IMG/VR virus record: IMGVR_UViG_3300025009_000089
Span: 627-64,626 of that record
Direction: 5' to 3' (one strand)
From: a virus
DNA length: 64,000 bases
Shown: positions 34,025 through 44,591 of the stretch, in pieces
Position numbering within the stretch: the first letter of the stretch is position 1
Layout of the letters: every line of letters starts with the position of its first letter
The notes under the pieces: generated by a model
Database searches by the model: none
Told to the model about the DNA's origin: nothing
The model's input: the letters and a program-made list of their open reading frames with translations, nothing else
Position numbers and translations under genes: made by a program

Positions 34025-34357
34025 ATGCAAATTGATCCTTGTCCATCAGAAGATGATTACGAATCTGGTCCTTCATTACGAGCATCAGAATGGCAAAACT
34101 TTGCTACTAGAGTCTTTAATCATATTGAATCCTACACTGTTCCGCAATACGGAGATAAAGGACACGATCAATGTTCAGAATTTAGCGAAGCTGATTTCAT
34201 CACCCAAATGAAAAAGTATCTAAATAGGTATGGAAAGAACTCTAGAGAAGGTCAACAGAGACTTGACTTGCTAAAGATTGCACATTATGCAGGGATGCTT
34301 TATACAAAATTAGCTGAAGAAACTCAAGAGCTTGATAAAATAATCATGCATGAATAA
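34025..34357 (+). CDS. DUF3310-like helical protein (possibly nucleotide metabolism)
   Basis: KKYLNRYGK....DLLKIAHYA pattern. Confidence 0.4.
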   Translation: MQIDPCPSEDDYESGPSLRASEWQNFATRVFNHIESYTVPQYGDKGHDQCSEFSEADFITQMKKYLNRYGKNSREGQQRLDLLKIAHYAGMLYTKLAEETQELDKIIMHE

Positions 34358-34365
34358 GGATATTT

Positions 34366-34563
34366 ATGGAAATCCAAAAATTCATAATCACTATCCAGTG
34401 GGGAAAGGGCCTCCATTATGTTGCATCTACTTGTAATACTGAAAAACATGCATCAGAATTAGTTGCTTTCCATACTGAAAAATGTGATAAATTAAAACTT
34501 AAAACCAGCCGCGGAGCTAAAGCAACTGTGCGATCCTGGCAATTAGTAACAGAGTCTAAGTGA
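34366..34563 (+). CDS. Hypothetical protein
   Basis: TAAGG SD; ORF track. Confidence 0.55.
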   Translation: MEIQKFIITIQWGKGLHYVASTCNTEKHASELVAFHTEKCDKLKLKTSRGAKATVRSWQLVTESK

Positions 34564-34796
34564 ATAAATTTATGAAAAAATTAACTGAACTAGATTTACA
34601 AAATGCTCTAGATGAATGCGAATTATTACAGTTCAAATCTCATGGAGATTGGCTGGCTGGCATGATTAAGAGATTGAATGCTACGCTTGGACTTATAACA
34701 GAAAAGAAAATTGTTAAAAGTTTTCCGGCACTGGCAAAACAAACTGTGATTAAAACTGGCAATTCTATTGATCCAGAAGTTCCATGCAAGAGTTGA
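34560..34796 (+). CDS. Hypothetical protein
   Basis: Overlaps the previous stop; ORF track. Confidence 0.5.
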   Translation: MNKFMKKLTELDLQNALDECELLQFKSHGDWLAGMIKRLNATLGLITEKKIVKSFPALAKQTVIKTGNSIDPEVPCKS

Positions 34797-34829
34797 AGTG
34801 ATTAACTACACCTGGAGGGTGTAATAAAA

Positions 34830-35015
34830 ATGACTACGTTCAAATCTACAGTGCTGCAAAAACTCCAAACTTATTTACTTTCTCGGGAAGCAGAACCAAC
34901 TAGAGATGCAGCCAACGTAATAATTCCTAATGGAGTTACAGCAGCAGCTACTATTCAGGCAATTAAAGATTGTATTAAAATAGTGGAGGGAACAAATAAT
35001 GAAAGCACATCTTAA
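34830..35015 (+). CDS. Hypothetical protein
   Basis: GGAGG SD; ORF track. Confidence 0.5.
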   Translation: MTTFKSTVLQKLQTYLLSREAEPTRDAANVIIPNGVTAAATIQAIKDCIKIVEGTNNESTS

Positions 35016-35253
35016 AACACTTGATAGAGCACATATTAATGCGCCATTGCTTCGAGAATTTCTTACTAAAGAGCTAACTGGTGCTAGCATAATTGCTATT
35101 GAGGAAAAGATTAAGCAACTCTATAGTCAGATACGAGTTTTAGCTGATATAAAAGTACATCTAATGAATGGCTCAAAAGACTGTACAATTGATCTCAGAG
35201 AAGCTTTACATAATGATTTGATATCAGCCTTAGCTCATGAAGATGGAGAATGA
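34999..35253 (+). CDS. Hypothetical protein
   Basis: GGAGG SD; ORF track. Confidence 0.55.
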   Translation: MKAHLKTLDRAHINAPLLREFLTKELTGASIIAIEEKIKQLYSQIRVLADIKVHLMNGSKDCTIDLREALHNDLISALAHEDGE

Positions 35254-35920
35254 GAATATGAAAATAACTGTAACCAAAATCACTAATTTATCAGATGCTC
35301 ATTTAGCTATTGAATCTACAATGCGATCTGGATTTACTGCTAAATGTTCACTTGATCAGTTATATAGATGGGAACATAGTCCAAGTAGAACGCAGTTATT
35401 TTGGATACACATGATGAATATTCCAACAAAAGTTAGTGTTCATCTTGTTCGTCATGCAGCAGTAGGGCAGCAACATTTTGTCATGAGTAACAGATCAGAT
35501 CGTGGAGGGGCTGGTGATGACCAAGTCACACGAAACTCTCCAGTTAATCATCGCATGTTACTTAATGCCCAGCATTTGATTGATATGAGTAGAAAGAGAT
35601 TATGTTATCAGGCGAGTAAAGAAACACGTAATGTAATGCTGGAAATTCAAAAAGCAGTAGAAGGGATTGATTCAGTTCTTGCTAATTATATGGTACCAAA
35701 TTGTGTTTATCGTGGTGGCTATTGCTGTGAGCCAAAACCATGTGGGCAATATAACATTAAACGATATGATCCTACAGCTATAACTAAAAAGATAAGTATA
35801 AAAGATCAAGAAAGTAAAATTCATAGGTGCAAAAAGCATCATAAAGATTTTACTGGTAGCATTTGTCCTGAATGTGACGATGAGAATAGTGATAACTTAG
35901 TTGCGTATCACGAAGGATGA
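35237..35920 (+). CDS. thyX: FAD-dependent thymidylate synthase-like (ThyX-like) protein
   Basis: EHSP.R, VSVHLVRH...SNRSDR, M..NAQ.LI..SRKRLC.QA..ETR, VP.C.YRG..C.E...CG. Confidence 0.7.
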   Translation: MKMENENMKITVTKITNLSDAHLAIESTMRSGFTAKCSLDQLYRWEHSPSRTQLFWIHMMNIPTKVSVHLVRHAAVGQQHFVMSNRSDRGGAGDDQVTRNSPVNHRMLLNAQHLIDMSRKRLCYQASKETRNVMLEIQKAVEGIDSVLANYMVPNCVYRGGYCCEPKPCGQYNIKRYDPTAITKKISIKDQESKIHRCKKHHKDFTGSICPECDDENSDNLVAYHEG

Positions 35921-36552
35921 AAGAGGTATATTTTATGGCAAATATTGTATGTATGCAAGATGGGAATGGTAATGTTTATGCTACATATATGAAAGAAGAA
36001 AGCATAAATAAATTAAATAAAGTAACTGAGAAGAAAGAAATTACTTTAAAAGAATTAAGAAAGATGTTTATTTATAATCCTGAAACGGGTGATTTAATAT
36101 ATCGTGATCCTCCAAGAAAGAAAAAAATTTATTTTCCTAATGCCGATGGAAAAGCTGGATATGCTAATTCTAAAGGTTATAAACATGTTTCTATTAGAGG
36201 AAAAGTATACTCAGTACATAGATTAATATGGTATATTTATTATGGTAAGAAACCAAATAAAGATATTGATCATATTAATAGAAATCCATCTGACAATAGA
36301 ATAATAAATCTTAGACTTGTTACTAAACAACAAAACTGTTTAAATAGAAGTATAAGTAAAAATAATATTTCAGGTGTTACTGGAGTTAGTTGGAATAAAC
36401 AAATAAATAAATGGCAGGCAGGAATTACTATTAATAAAAAATATATATTATTAGGAGTATTCTTAAATTTTGAAGATGCTGTAAAAGCTAGAAAATCTGC
36501 TGAAGATTTTGCAGGCATAACAAAATTTAAATTTCATTTAAACAAAGTATAA
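35917..36552 (+). mobile_element. Free-standing HNH homing endonuclease
   Basis: VHRLIWYIYYG....DIDHINRNPSDNRIINLR; SGVTGVSW....KWQA.I; ATGA overlap with the thyX-like gene. Confidence 0.85.
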
Positions 36553-36571
36553 ACAAAGTATAAACAAGAAA

Positions 36572-36603
36572 GCCAGAACCTACGATAACTTGTAAGTTCT
36601 GGC
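36572..36603. terminator. Hairpin between the two convergent arms (probable bidirectional terminator)
   Basis: GCCAGAAC/GTTCTGGC, flanked by A-rich sequence on the left and T-rich sequence on the right. Confidence 0.65.
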
Positions 36604-36610
36604 AATCTTT

Positions 36611-39600
36611 TTATTGCACCGTATTTGTTACTTCAAAATATCTTTTCAATATCACCTCTCGTTGCTGTTGCAACTGTCCAAGCCTTTCACGAACATTTGT
36701 TGTCTGATCAATCTTTTTCAACTTATTAATTACTGCCTGGTTCCGATTTAGTGCGGATTGAAAATTTTCATGCACTTTCATTTGTTTGAATCCATCCAGG
36801 TTTGAATTCAAGAAAGTTCGCTTGTCTTCCGAGTTTTCAAGTTGCTTCTTGAATATGTCTACTTCCTTGCTGCCCTTTCCAAACTCTTGTTCGTTGCTAG
36901 ACTTTTTGTAATCCTCACCTCGTCCGTAATGCCAATAGTAGAGTTTGCCTGCAATCGGAATGGACTCTACAATTCTGGCATGATCAAAATCTATTGTATC
37001 TCCCGTAATGTAAGCTCCATACAATTGGTTAAGATCCTTACTTATGGAATTTACAAATCTGAATGGTGGCAAAATTTGTCCTATTAATCCAGATCCTAGC
37101 CCCTCTCTAGTAGTCTGCATCCTTACAAACTTTGATGCTCCACCCATAGTTAGAAAGTTTTCAATCACGTTGTCTTCAAACTTAGTTTCTTTTCCCAACA
37201 TCCAATCCTTCAATTCATCCGCTCCAGCATTAGCAAGTGTCAGTAAACTCACCAGCTTGATCATGTTACCAATTCCTTCAATAACCTGATCCCGTTCGCC
37301 AGTCTTAATTTTGTGCCAGGCTTCATTTCGGAAAACATCAAACTGTTTGAGTGTGTATGTCTTGAGCATATAAAATACTCGACCATTTCCACTCTTTAGG
37401 TATTGCTCTGACATTTCAGAAAGCGCCACAGGCTGGAAGTCAAGCAATCTATGATACAACAACATCTTTACATTGTCTGTTGGATTGTTTGCAAGCAAAT
37501 CATTTATTACACTCTCAGACTGTGTACCAAATATTGGCTTGATTTCCTTCAATAATGTTTGCCGTCTATCCTCAGTGCTGGCCATAGCTTTGTAGTTACT
37601 AAATGCATTGTTGATCAATGTCTCCTTGCCTATCGAATCAATTCTTTCAAGTCCGACTTTTTTAAATACCCAACTTACTGCATTTCCTAACGTAGTTCCA
37701 TCTGCAAATTCCTGGGCTATCCTTTCAATCCCGAGGTCTTCCTTAGTTATTTCAGACTTCTTAGTTATGGCCTTACCAACATTCTTAATCGTATCAGCAA
37801 GTCCACGTGGTGTCCATACTTTGCCAACATACATCGCCCAAGCCAAATCACCAATCTGAGTCAGCGCAGATATAGGCGAACCCATCACGTCGATGTATGA
37901 CATATTTTTGTATGCATTAACTATTCCTGTAGCTCCATGTTCGTGGAATCTAGCATCAAGAATATCCCTAACTACTTTTTCATCATCTGCTTGGATTCTA
38001 CCAGACATTCGCAAGTCATTAATATATGTTCCAATATTCTCAGTGTAATCTCTTTGCAGTTTGTACTTATCCAATTCTTGTTCAATTCGCAAGAGGTCGC
38101 CAGAAACATCTTCTATGCGTGCAGTATTGTTGGATTTTTCATACTCTGTGAGCATTACCTGCTTTCGTTTCTTCTCAGTCTTCAGGGTTGCTATTCTTTC
38201 TGGAACCTTACCAAAGAAACGTCTTGCTTCTATTTTCTTCGTCATACTATAGATGTATTGCATCAATGCTGCATCACTATCCATGTAGAACTTATTCAAT
38301 TCTGGTGGAACAGTTTCATATTGCCTGGCTTGAATGTTTCCTGGTCCACCAAGTCCTAGGTTCCTGCCAAGTATTGTGTTGCTTGCAATATCTGCTGCCT
38401 GTTCAGGATATTCAATCTCAAACTTTTCAACTGTCATACCCAGTTTGTCTGCATAAACTTTGATTGCATCAGTAATAACTGGGCGTTGAGAAATTCCTTT
38501 AGTTGCCTGCAAGAAGCCTTCTTGATCCTTGATTATGCGAGGCCAGTATTCTTCGATAAAACCTACGTCGTAACCAACATCAATTGCATCCTGACGAATT
38601 TGATCCAAGACTGATCGTAACTTTTCTTGATCAGCAGCCATGTTGTACTTTGCTGCAATCTCTTTTATCTTAACCTCGTCTGAATTTCTCCTCGCTGCAT
38701 CCCAAACAAATTTGTCTTGCGGACTCATTTGCTTAGTCTTCTCAAGGAGTGGATGTGCAATTCGTAATGCAGTTACAATCTTTTGGGCTGTCCGAAAGTC
38801 GAGGTTTCTAATCTCTGAACGGAGCATTGGATCTACATTCTTAAGTCTAGTTGATATAGACCCCAATCCCTTGTCGAGGAGTTGCTTAATTTCATGTCCA
38901 CGCATACGAAGAGTCTGGCCGATTGTACGGACCAAACTATTTCGTTCGCTGAACATTTGATGATAAACATCATCGCTAATCTTCTGAACTGGGGCTTCAC
39001 GAACCTCGAACATAGGCATACCTTCACGGAGTGCCTCAGCTTGGCGCTCATAAAGCTTTCCGCTTTCTACTTCACGAGCTAAACCAGAAACAGTCTGCTT
39101 ACCAAAGCTTAATAACTGCTGGAAGAAGTCCATTACTCGTTGAATCACTTTACCAAACGCAGTGTTTCTGTATTCTGCTCTGTTGACCATAATCTGCGCG
39201 AACATGTTCGCACGATTTTCAACCATCCTCTGCTTCGTATCTTTGTGAGTACTCAGAGCAAAATCAAGCTTACCTGCTTTGCGAAGTTTATTAAACTCCT
39301 TATTCAATGCACTATCATCAGCTTCTGTAATCAGCCCAAGATTGTCAAGGACATGCTTGTTCTCATGCCAAAGAGTCTTGTTGTCTGCAAAGTTTTCATC
39401 AAGAAGAATCTCATTTCCAATCGTAATGCCAAGAATTTTTCCATCCTTTGACATCTGCCCAGTTTCAATTGCTAACTTAACAAGACCTTGACCAGCTCCT
39501 TGAATACTATTAATTGTTAAACCTTGACCATTCTTAAATCTAACTGATATTGTTCCATCAGTAGATTGATTTATTTCTTGTACTGGAAAAGCTAGTTTAA

Positions 39601-42385
39601 TATCAGCAAAATTTACTTTACCTAAGGCTTCTTGATTTTCAGTTGTTTGAAACTGTGAATTAAAATCTTTTCCTGCAGCATCTCTACTAACAGGAAAAGC
39701 TACTTGATTTTTTCCATTTTGACTTATTAATGTTGTGGGCCAAGAATCTTTATAATCAAATTTATTTGGATTATTTTGTTCACTCCAACGAATAGAAGTT
39801 GCTCTAAAATCTACAGGAATTGTTTTATATCCTAATGCTTTTAAAGCTCTTGCTCTATGTCTACCTTCATGCCCAATAACTTTTGGATTATTTATATCAT
39901 CAGTATTAATTAAGAGATATGGAACATCACTAAATTTAGTTCCATTTTGAATAAGTTCTTGAATACCATCTGCTTTATCTTCACTCTGGCCTTCTTCAGC
40001 GAGTAAAAGAAAATCATCAATTGACATACTAATCAATTTAGATCTAGACTTAAATCCTGTTGTACTTTTATCTTTAATTACTTTTTGATCAAAAAGTTTT
40101 TCAACTGCTTGCTCTTCACCTACCTGAAACTGTGGAGCACTACCTACTTGCCGTTCATTAGTGAACCTACTCTGCAAACCTCCAGGCAAGTTTCTAGGAA
40201 CCTCAGTTTCAACTGATTGCCTATTTGATGTCGGAATATCTCCGAGATCTTTAGCAATTTGTTGAAACCATGCTTGACGTTTGTTCTGCTTAGCTAAAGA
40301 CGTAACAACATTTTGTTTTGCTCCAGCTTGTGCTGCTGTATCACTTTTGACATTACCTTCAATATTAGCAAGCTGTGTCTCAAAGAACTTCTTCCGCATG
40401 AACGCTTCTGTTCCAGGAGTCATTTCTTCTCGGCGAAGAGTTAGTTCCTTCTTAATGCTTTGCCAATAATTTTCAATAATAGCCTGCTCTGGAGGAGTAA
40501 ACCTTTCACCAATCTTTCTTATATAATTTGCATAATCTTCAATCTGTTTTAAATTATTTTCTTCAAGCGGTTTAAGTGTTTGCTGTTCAGAATCTAATGT
40601 TTGTTGATCAGATTTGAGCTTAATTAAACCATTTGCATAATTAGCCATTTCTACAGGCAATAAATTATTAGCCTCAAAATTTTGAAAAGATTCAGCAGCA
40701 TCTTTTTCTATACCAACCTTCTCTCCTACATTTACTGTCCCAAAAAGTTCTTCAAGATATTTCTGCCTACCATCTCTAGTAGTGTATGGAGCAAAAGCCT
40801 TCTTAACCTCAGGCGTTTCTTTATCAAGTAACTCATTACGCCTTTTGTTCAATGTAATAAGTTTATCTTCAATTACTTTTCTTTCTTCTACACTAGGTGA
40901 AGTTTTAGCATCTAATGCATATGGATCAAACTTTTTATTATATTGTTCAGAGAGAGTTGTAATCTCATTATCAATATTTGTAATCCTTTCATTAAGCTGG
41001 CTTGCATCAGCAATTCTCTTCTCAGCTAACTTATTTTCAATTTCTTTTACTTCCTTCTCTTCAGGAGAAAGAGCTTCATATTCCTTCTTAGCAAGTTCTT
41101 CTTTCTTCTGTATTCCAGAATTAATTCGATCTAAAAGGTTCTGACTATTTTTATTATCTTCAATAGTCTTCCTAATCAATTCAGCCGGATCAACATTTAA
41201 CTCTCTGGCCTTCTGATCAAGTTTATAAGGATCATCAAGAATTTCTTTATTTAAATTAAGAGTTTCATTTAAAGTTTGAATACTCTTAGCAAGTTCATCT
41301 TCTTTCAAATTAAGAATATTCGCCGCTCTTCTGTCAAGCTCAATCTCTGCATCAGTCTTTCCAGGTCCAGGATCTTTTGCTTGTGTAGAGAAGCCTGCAT
41401 TAACTGCTGCACCAGCCCCACCGCCTACAGCACCAGCGGCCATGCTTTCAATAATGCGTTCAATATTATCAGCAGTCAGTAACTTCTCATCTGTATTTGC
41501 TACAGTATTAAGAACACTAAGCAGCTCTTGCCCACCTTCCTGCAGGGCTTCTTGAGGAATGTTTGTAAGCAATTCCTTTGCAGATTTTTTAACCATTCCA
41601 GTAGAACCCTTACTCAGAGCATCTACAAATGTATCTACTAACTTACTATTACCACCAGCAAACTCTAGTGATGTTGCCAAAGCACCAAACAGTAAGGCAG
41701 TCTCAGGAGCATCAATGCCTTTTTCTTGTAACAACTCTGCATACATTCCACCAGACTCAAGTGGCATCACTGATCCAGCAATACCAACCTTGCCACCAAA
41801 CTTCTTCAGTGCCTGGCCAGTAAGTTGCTTTCTTACTTGATTTTCTGTTAAGTCACCAATTCCACGTTTAACTGACTGCTTAATAGCTTCATCAATTCCT
41901 TTCTTAAGCAAAGTTCTGCCTGCCAAACCACCAACAACAGTACCTGGACCAGGAGCTATAACAGATCCAGCAATCGCACCTACTGCTGCTTCGGCCATAC
42001 TTGGAACAAGTTCACCTAAAGTTCCTTGTGCCCAGTCAACAGCACCACCAATTCCAGTTTCACCAGTATAAATATCTTTAAAGGAATGTTTCTTAGGATA
42101 CTGTTTGGCTTCTTCAATATTTCTATTATAGCCTTCCATACCAAAGTCTTGCAAATTCTGGCCAACAGATTCAGCACCAAGCTTTTTCAATCCTGATCCT
42201 GCAAGTGCAGTAGCACCATATGCAGATGCTTGAAGATTCTGAAGTCCTCTTTGAACACCAGGTATGAAATCAGAATCAGTTGATGCAGGTTTATTTACTG
42301 ACTCAGCAGCACCAAACATCTTAGCAAACTCGTCTGGTTCATCTTCATTACTAATTCCAAACATCTTATCAAACTCATCCATCAT
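36611..42385 (-). CDS. Large internal virion / DNA-ejection polyvalent protein (1924 aa)
   Basis: Last gene of the morphogenesis arm; Gly/Ala-rich hydrophobic N-terminal region, coiled coils, ParB-like GHEGRHRA segment, HENKH (HExxH) motif. Confidence 0.7.
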   Translation of the reverse strand: MMDEFDKMFGISNEDEPDEFAKMFGAAESVNKPASTDSDFIPGVQRGLQNLQASAYGATALAGSGLKKLGAESVGQNLQDFGMEGYNRNIEEAKQYPKKHSFKDIYTGETGIGGAVDWAQGTLGELVPSMAEAAVGAIAGSVIAPGPGTVVGGLAGRTLLKKGIDEAIKQSVKRGIGDLTENQVRKQLTGQALKKFGGKVGIAGSVMPLESGGMYAELLQEKGIDAPETALLFGALATSLEFAGGNSKLVDTFVDALSKGSTGMVKKSAKELLTNIPQEALQEGGQELLSVLNTVANTDEKLLTADNIERIIESMAAGAVGGGAGAAVNAGFSTQAKDPGPGKTDAEIELDRRAANILNLKEDELAKSIQTLNETLNLNKEILDDPYKLDQKARELNVDPAELIRKTIEDNKNSQNLLDRINSGIQKKEELAKKEYEALSPEEKEVKEIENKLAEKRIADASQLNERITNIDNEITTLSEQYNKKFDPYALDAKTSPSVEERKVIEDKLITLNKRRNELLDKETPEVKKAFAPYTTRDGRQKYLEELFGTVNVGEKVGIEKDAAESFQNFEANNLLPVEMANYANGLIKLKSDQQTLDSEQQTLKPLEENNLKQIEDYANYIRKIGERFTPPEQAIIENYWQSIKKELTLRREEMTPGTEAFMRKKFFETQLANIEGNVKSDTAAQAGAKQNVVTSLAKQNKRQAWFQQIAKDLGDIPTSNRQSVETEVPRNLPGGLQSRFTNERQVGSAPQFQVGEEQAVEKLFDQKVIKDKSTTGFKSRSKLISMSIDDFLLLAEEGQSEDKADGIQELIQNGTKFSDVPYLLINTDDINNPKVIGHEGRHRARALKALGYKTIPVDFRATSIRWSEQNNPNKFDYKDSWPTTLISQNGKNQVAFPVSRDAAGKDFNSQFQTTENQEALGKVNFADIKLAFPVQEINQSTDGTISVRFKNGQGLTINSIQGAGQGLVKLAIETGQMSKDGKILGITIGNEILLDENFADNKTLWHENKHVLDNLGLITEADDSALNKEFNKLRKAGKLDFALSTHKDTKQRMVENRANMFAQIMVNRAEYRNTAFGKVIQRVMDFFQQLLSFGKQTVSGLAREVESGKLYERQAEALREGMPMFEVREAPVQKISDDVYHQMFSERNSLVRTIGQTLRMRGHEIKQLLDKGLGSISTRLKNVDPMLRSEIRNLDFRTAQKIVTALRIAHPLLEKTKQMSPQDKFVWDAARRNSDEVKIKEIAAKYNMAADQEKLRSVLDQIRQDAIDVGYDVGFIEEYWPRIIKDQEGFLQATKGISQRPVITDAIKVYADKLGMTVEKFEIEYPEQAADIASNTILGRNLGLGGPGNIQARQYETVPPELNKFYMDSDAALMQYIYSMTKKIEARRFFGKVPERIATLKTEKKRKQVMLTEYEKSNNTARIEDVSGDLLRIEQELDKYKLQRDYTENIGTYINDLRMSGRIQADDEKVVRDILDARFHEHGATGIVNAYKNMSYIDVMGSPISALTQIGDLAWAMYVGKVWTPRGLADTIKNVGKAITKKSEITKEDLGIERIAQEFADGTTLGNAVSWVFKKVGLERIDSIGKETLINNAFSNYKAMASTEDRRQTLLKEIKPIFGTQSESVINDLLANNPTDNVKMLLYHRLLDFQPVALSEMSEQYLKSGNGRVFYMLKTYTLKQFDVFRNEAWHKIKTGERDQVIEGIGNMIKLVSLLTLANAGADELKDWMLGKETKFEDNVIENFLTMGGASKFVRMQTTREGLGSGLIGQILPPFRFVNSISKDLNQLYGAYITGDTIDFDHARIVESIPIAGKLYYWHYGRGEDYKKSSNEQEFGKGSKEVDIFKKQLENSEDKRTFLNSNLDGFKQMKVHENFQSALNRNQAVINKLKKIDQTTNVRERLGQLQQQREVILKRYFEVTNTVQ

Positions 42386-43599
42386 ATTTCTCCATTAGCG
42401 ATTTTCTGAAGAATAGCTTCTCTAGTAATGTTTGGATTAGCTTTAATCAAGGCATTGATCTTAGTTCTTTGTTCAGGAGTAACTTGTGGTGTAGTAGTTG
42501 CTGTTGGCATATTATCAACATATCCAGTACCTTCAGCATTTGGCATTTTAATTACTTGCCTCTTAGCCATCCCAGTAGGATCGTTCGGATCAGGTTCTTC
42601 AATTACTAAAGGCTTTAATGGGTTTTCTTTAATAGGCGGATTTTGCAACACATCACCCTGAATACCCCGCAATTTATTTTCTGCAATAACTCCCTGCTCA
42701 TCAATACGATTCTTATCTGCATCAAGAGAAAGTTGATCTCTTGCAATCTGATTACGATCTAAAGTAGAAAGAAAATTTGCACGATTCATATCTCGATCTG
42801 CTTCAGCATTTATTATTTGTGCATCAGATCTATCTTTTTTACTTTGCAGACCTCGTACAAACATTCCACCAATACTATTATCTACAGGTTGCTCTGACTC
42901 TAATGGAGTTGCTCCAAAGAATCTACCTTTCTGAGCATTTGCATAAGCATCATATCTAGCTTGCTGCTGTTTATGATAATCATCCCAAGTTGGTGTACCA
43001 GCTGGCCCCATCATATTACCCAGGCCTCGACCTCGTTCATTTATTGGTACACTTGGATCAACGGTAATGTCCAAATTACCAACTCGTTGACTACCATTTG
43101 AATTTATTCTTTCTAAATTAGTTTTATTTTGCCTATCATTATCATTCCGATTATATGAAAGAGTATTTCCACCAATATCATAAGTGACTATATCGCCTTC
43201 AGTTGATACAGTCATCTTGCCTAGTTCTGAATCTCTTTGAGTATTAGGAGTTTCATTAATTTTTGGCAAGTTTAAACTTGTTGGATCTTCATATAATTTC
43301 GGTACTTTCGGCTCACCAAGTGGAGAAGTTTGTCTTGCTGGAGTTTGAATATTTTTCAAAGTTATTCCTGGTTCATTAGTCGAAGCTTCTGCACCAAATG
43401 CCTTTGAAGGATCATTAATACTTTTTCTATATTCTGCTGTATTTTTTAAATTATCAATTGCATTAATTATACGAGGAGTTTGATTCAGCTTTATTGGCTT
43501 ACCCTCTTCATTATAGGTACTCATAGGATTACTTCTATTAAGCCAAGGCGCGGATTTTAACTTTCTTTTCTTCTCTTCTTCAGTTTGATTCAAAGCCAT
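42382..43599 (-). CDS. Putative internal virion (ejection) protein
   Basis: Low-complexity Gln/Asn/Pro-rich sequence directly upstream of the giant protein. Confidence 0.5.
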   Translation of the reverse strand: MALNQTEEEKKRKLKSAPWLNRSNPMSTYNEEGKPIKLNQTPRIINAIDNLKNTAEYRKSINDPSKAFGAEASTNEPGITLKNIQTPARQTSPLGEPKVPKLYEDPTSLNLPKINETPNTQRDSELGKMTVSTEGDIVTYDIGGNTLSYNRNDNDRQNKTNLERINSNGSQRVGNLDITVDPSVPINERGRGLGNMMGPAGTPTWDDYHKQQQARYDAYANAQKGRFFGATPLESEQPVDNSIGGMFVRGLQSKKDRSDAQIINAEADRDMNRANFLSTLDRNQIARDQLSLDADKNRIDEQGVIAENKLRGIQGDVLQNPPIKENPLKPLVIEEPDPNDPTGMAKRQVIKMPNAEGTGYVDNMPTATTTPQVTPEQRTKINALIKANPNITREAILQKIANGEI

Positions 43600-43622
43600 T
43601 TTAGCCTCGCAGATTAATTTTA

Positions 43623-44591
43623 TTATTCAAATGCACTAACAGATTGAGAAACAACACTGTTCAAAGATGTTAAGGCAGCCTGTGCAGTCTTAGCAAAAAC
43701 ATCCGCAGCAGCAGCAAGTGCCTGAACATTAACTTGCCCACCCTGCACAGCATTATCTCTTCTATGACGATACACCTCAATTCCAGCACCCATTTCAGCA
43801 AGTTTCGATTGCAAAACCATTTGATCACGATTCTGTCTTGCTCTGTACCAGTCTGCTGCTGCACTCATCATCTTAGCTTTTATATCTGTATTTAATGCTG
43901 CGATTCTTGCCGCTGCATCAGGAGCTACTGCCAGCGCTCTAATATAATCAATTGCTGCCTGCATTGCTGTCAGCCGAGATTCAATAGCCTTACCGATTGC
44001 AAACTTAATAGTTTCGATGGCTATCTCAATTTGTTTTATAGCAACTGTAGTTGTTGCAATACCGATCCTGCCTGCCTGTTCAAATGTTGCTTGGTTAAGA
44101 TCATAAATCATTGGTCCCTGAACAAGTGAAAATCCTCTCGCAGCATATCCAGCAGCTATACCACTAGAAACTCTCTGCCCATCCCTAATAATTCTGTCTC
44201 TTTCACGCTGAATTATTTGATCTTCAAGTGCATCAGGTATCCCTGTTCCACCATTAGTAATTGTATTTACTAACCAATTTGTGGCTTCATCAAATGCATC
44301 ACTTGTCAGAGGATAATAAGTAGCAAAAAAGTTTGCTAACTGATTAGACAGTAGGGCAATCAATGCATCACGTTCTGCTTCATAATTATATTTTGAATCA
44401 TCGACTGTTGGTATTTCTGGTTCTATTGCTTCAACAGTAAATCCTGTAGCAGTTGTGGGAGGAGTAAGATAAAAACCTGCATTACTTCTAATAAGATCTT
44501 CCGCAGCATCTTGTGCCGATTCAGTTGATGTATTTGCAGTAGTAATGGCATTTTCAATAATTTGATTTATAATCTCTGCGGCAGTAGCCAT
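43623..44591 (-). CDS. Putative internal virion protein (Ala-rich, helical)
   Basis: Composition and position between tail genes and ejection proteins. Confidence 0.5.
   Translation of the reverse strand: MATAAEIINQIIENAITTANTSTESAQDAAEDLIRSNAGFYLTPPTTATGFTVEAIEPEIPTVDDSKYNYEAERDALIALLSNQLANFFATYYPLTSDAFDEATNWLVNTITNGGTGIPDALEDQIIQRERDRIIRDGQRVSSGIAAGYAARGFSLVQGPMIYDLNQATFEQAGRIGIATTTVAIKQIEIAIETIKFAIGKAIESRLTAMQAAIDYIRALAVAPDAAARIAALNTDIKAKMMSAAADWYRARQNRDQMVLQSKLAEMGAGIEVYRHRRDNAVQGGQVNVQALAAAADVFAKTAQAALTSLNSVVSQSVSAFE

Noticed and set aside
36540-36568. AAACAAAGTAT tandem duplication at the HNH stop
   Set aside because: A short low-complexity duplication, likely slippage or an insertion scar, with no further support for function.
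36611-42385. N4-like virion RNA polymerase
   Set aside because: At 1924 aa it is much shorter than N4 vRNAP (~3500 aa), and I found no T7-type polymerase motifs; no other RNAP genes are present.
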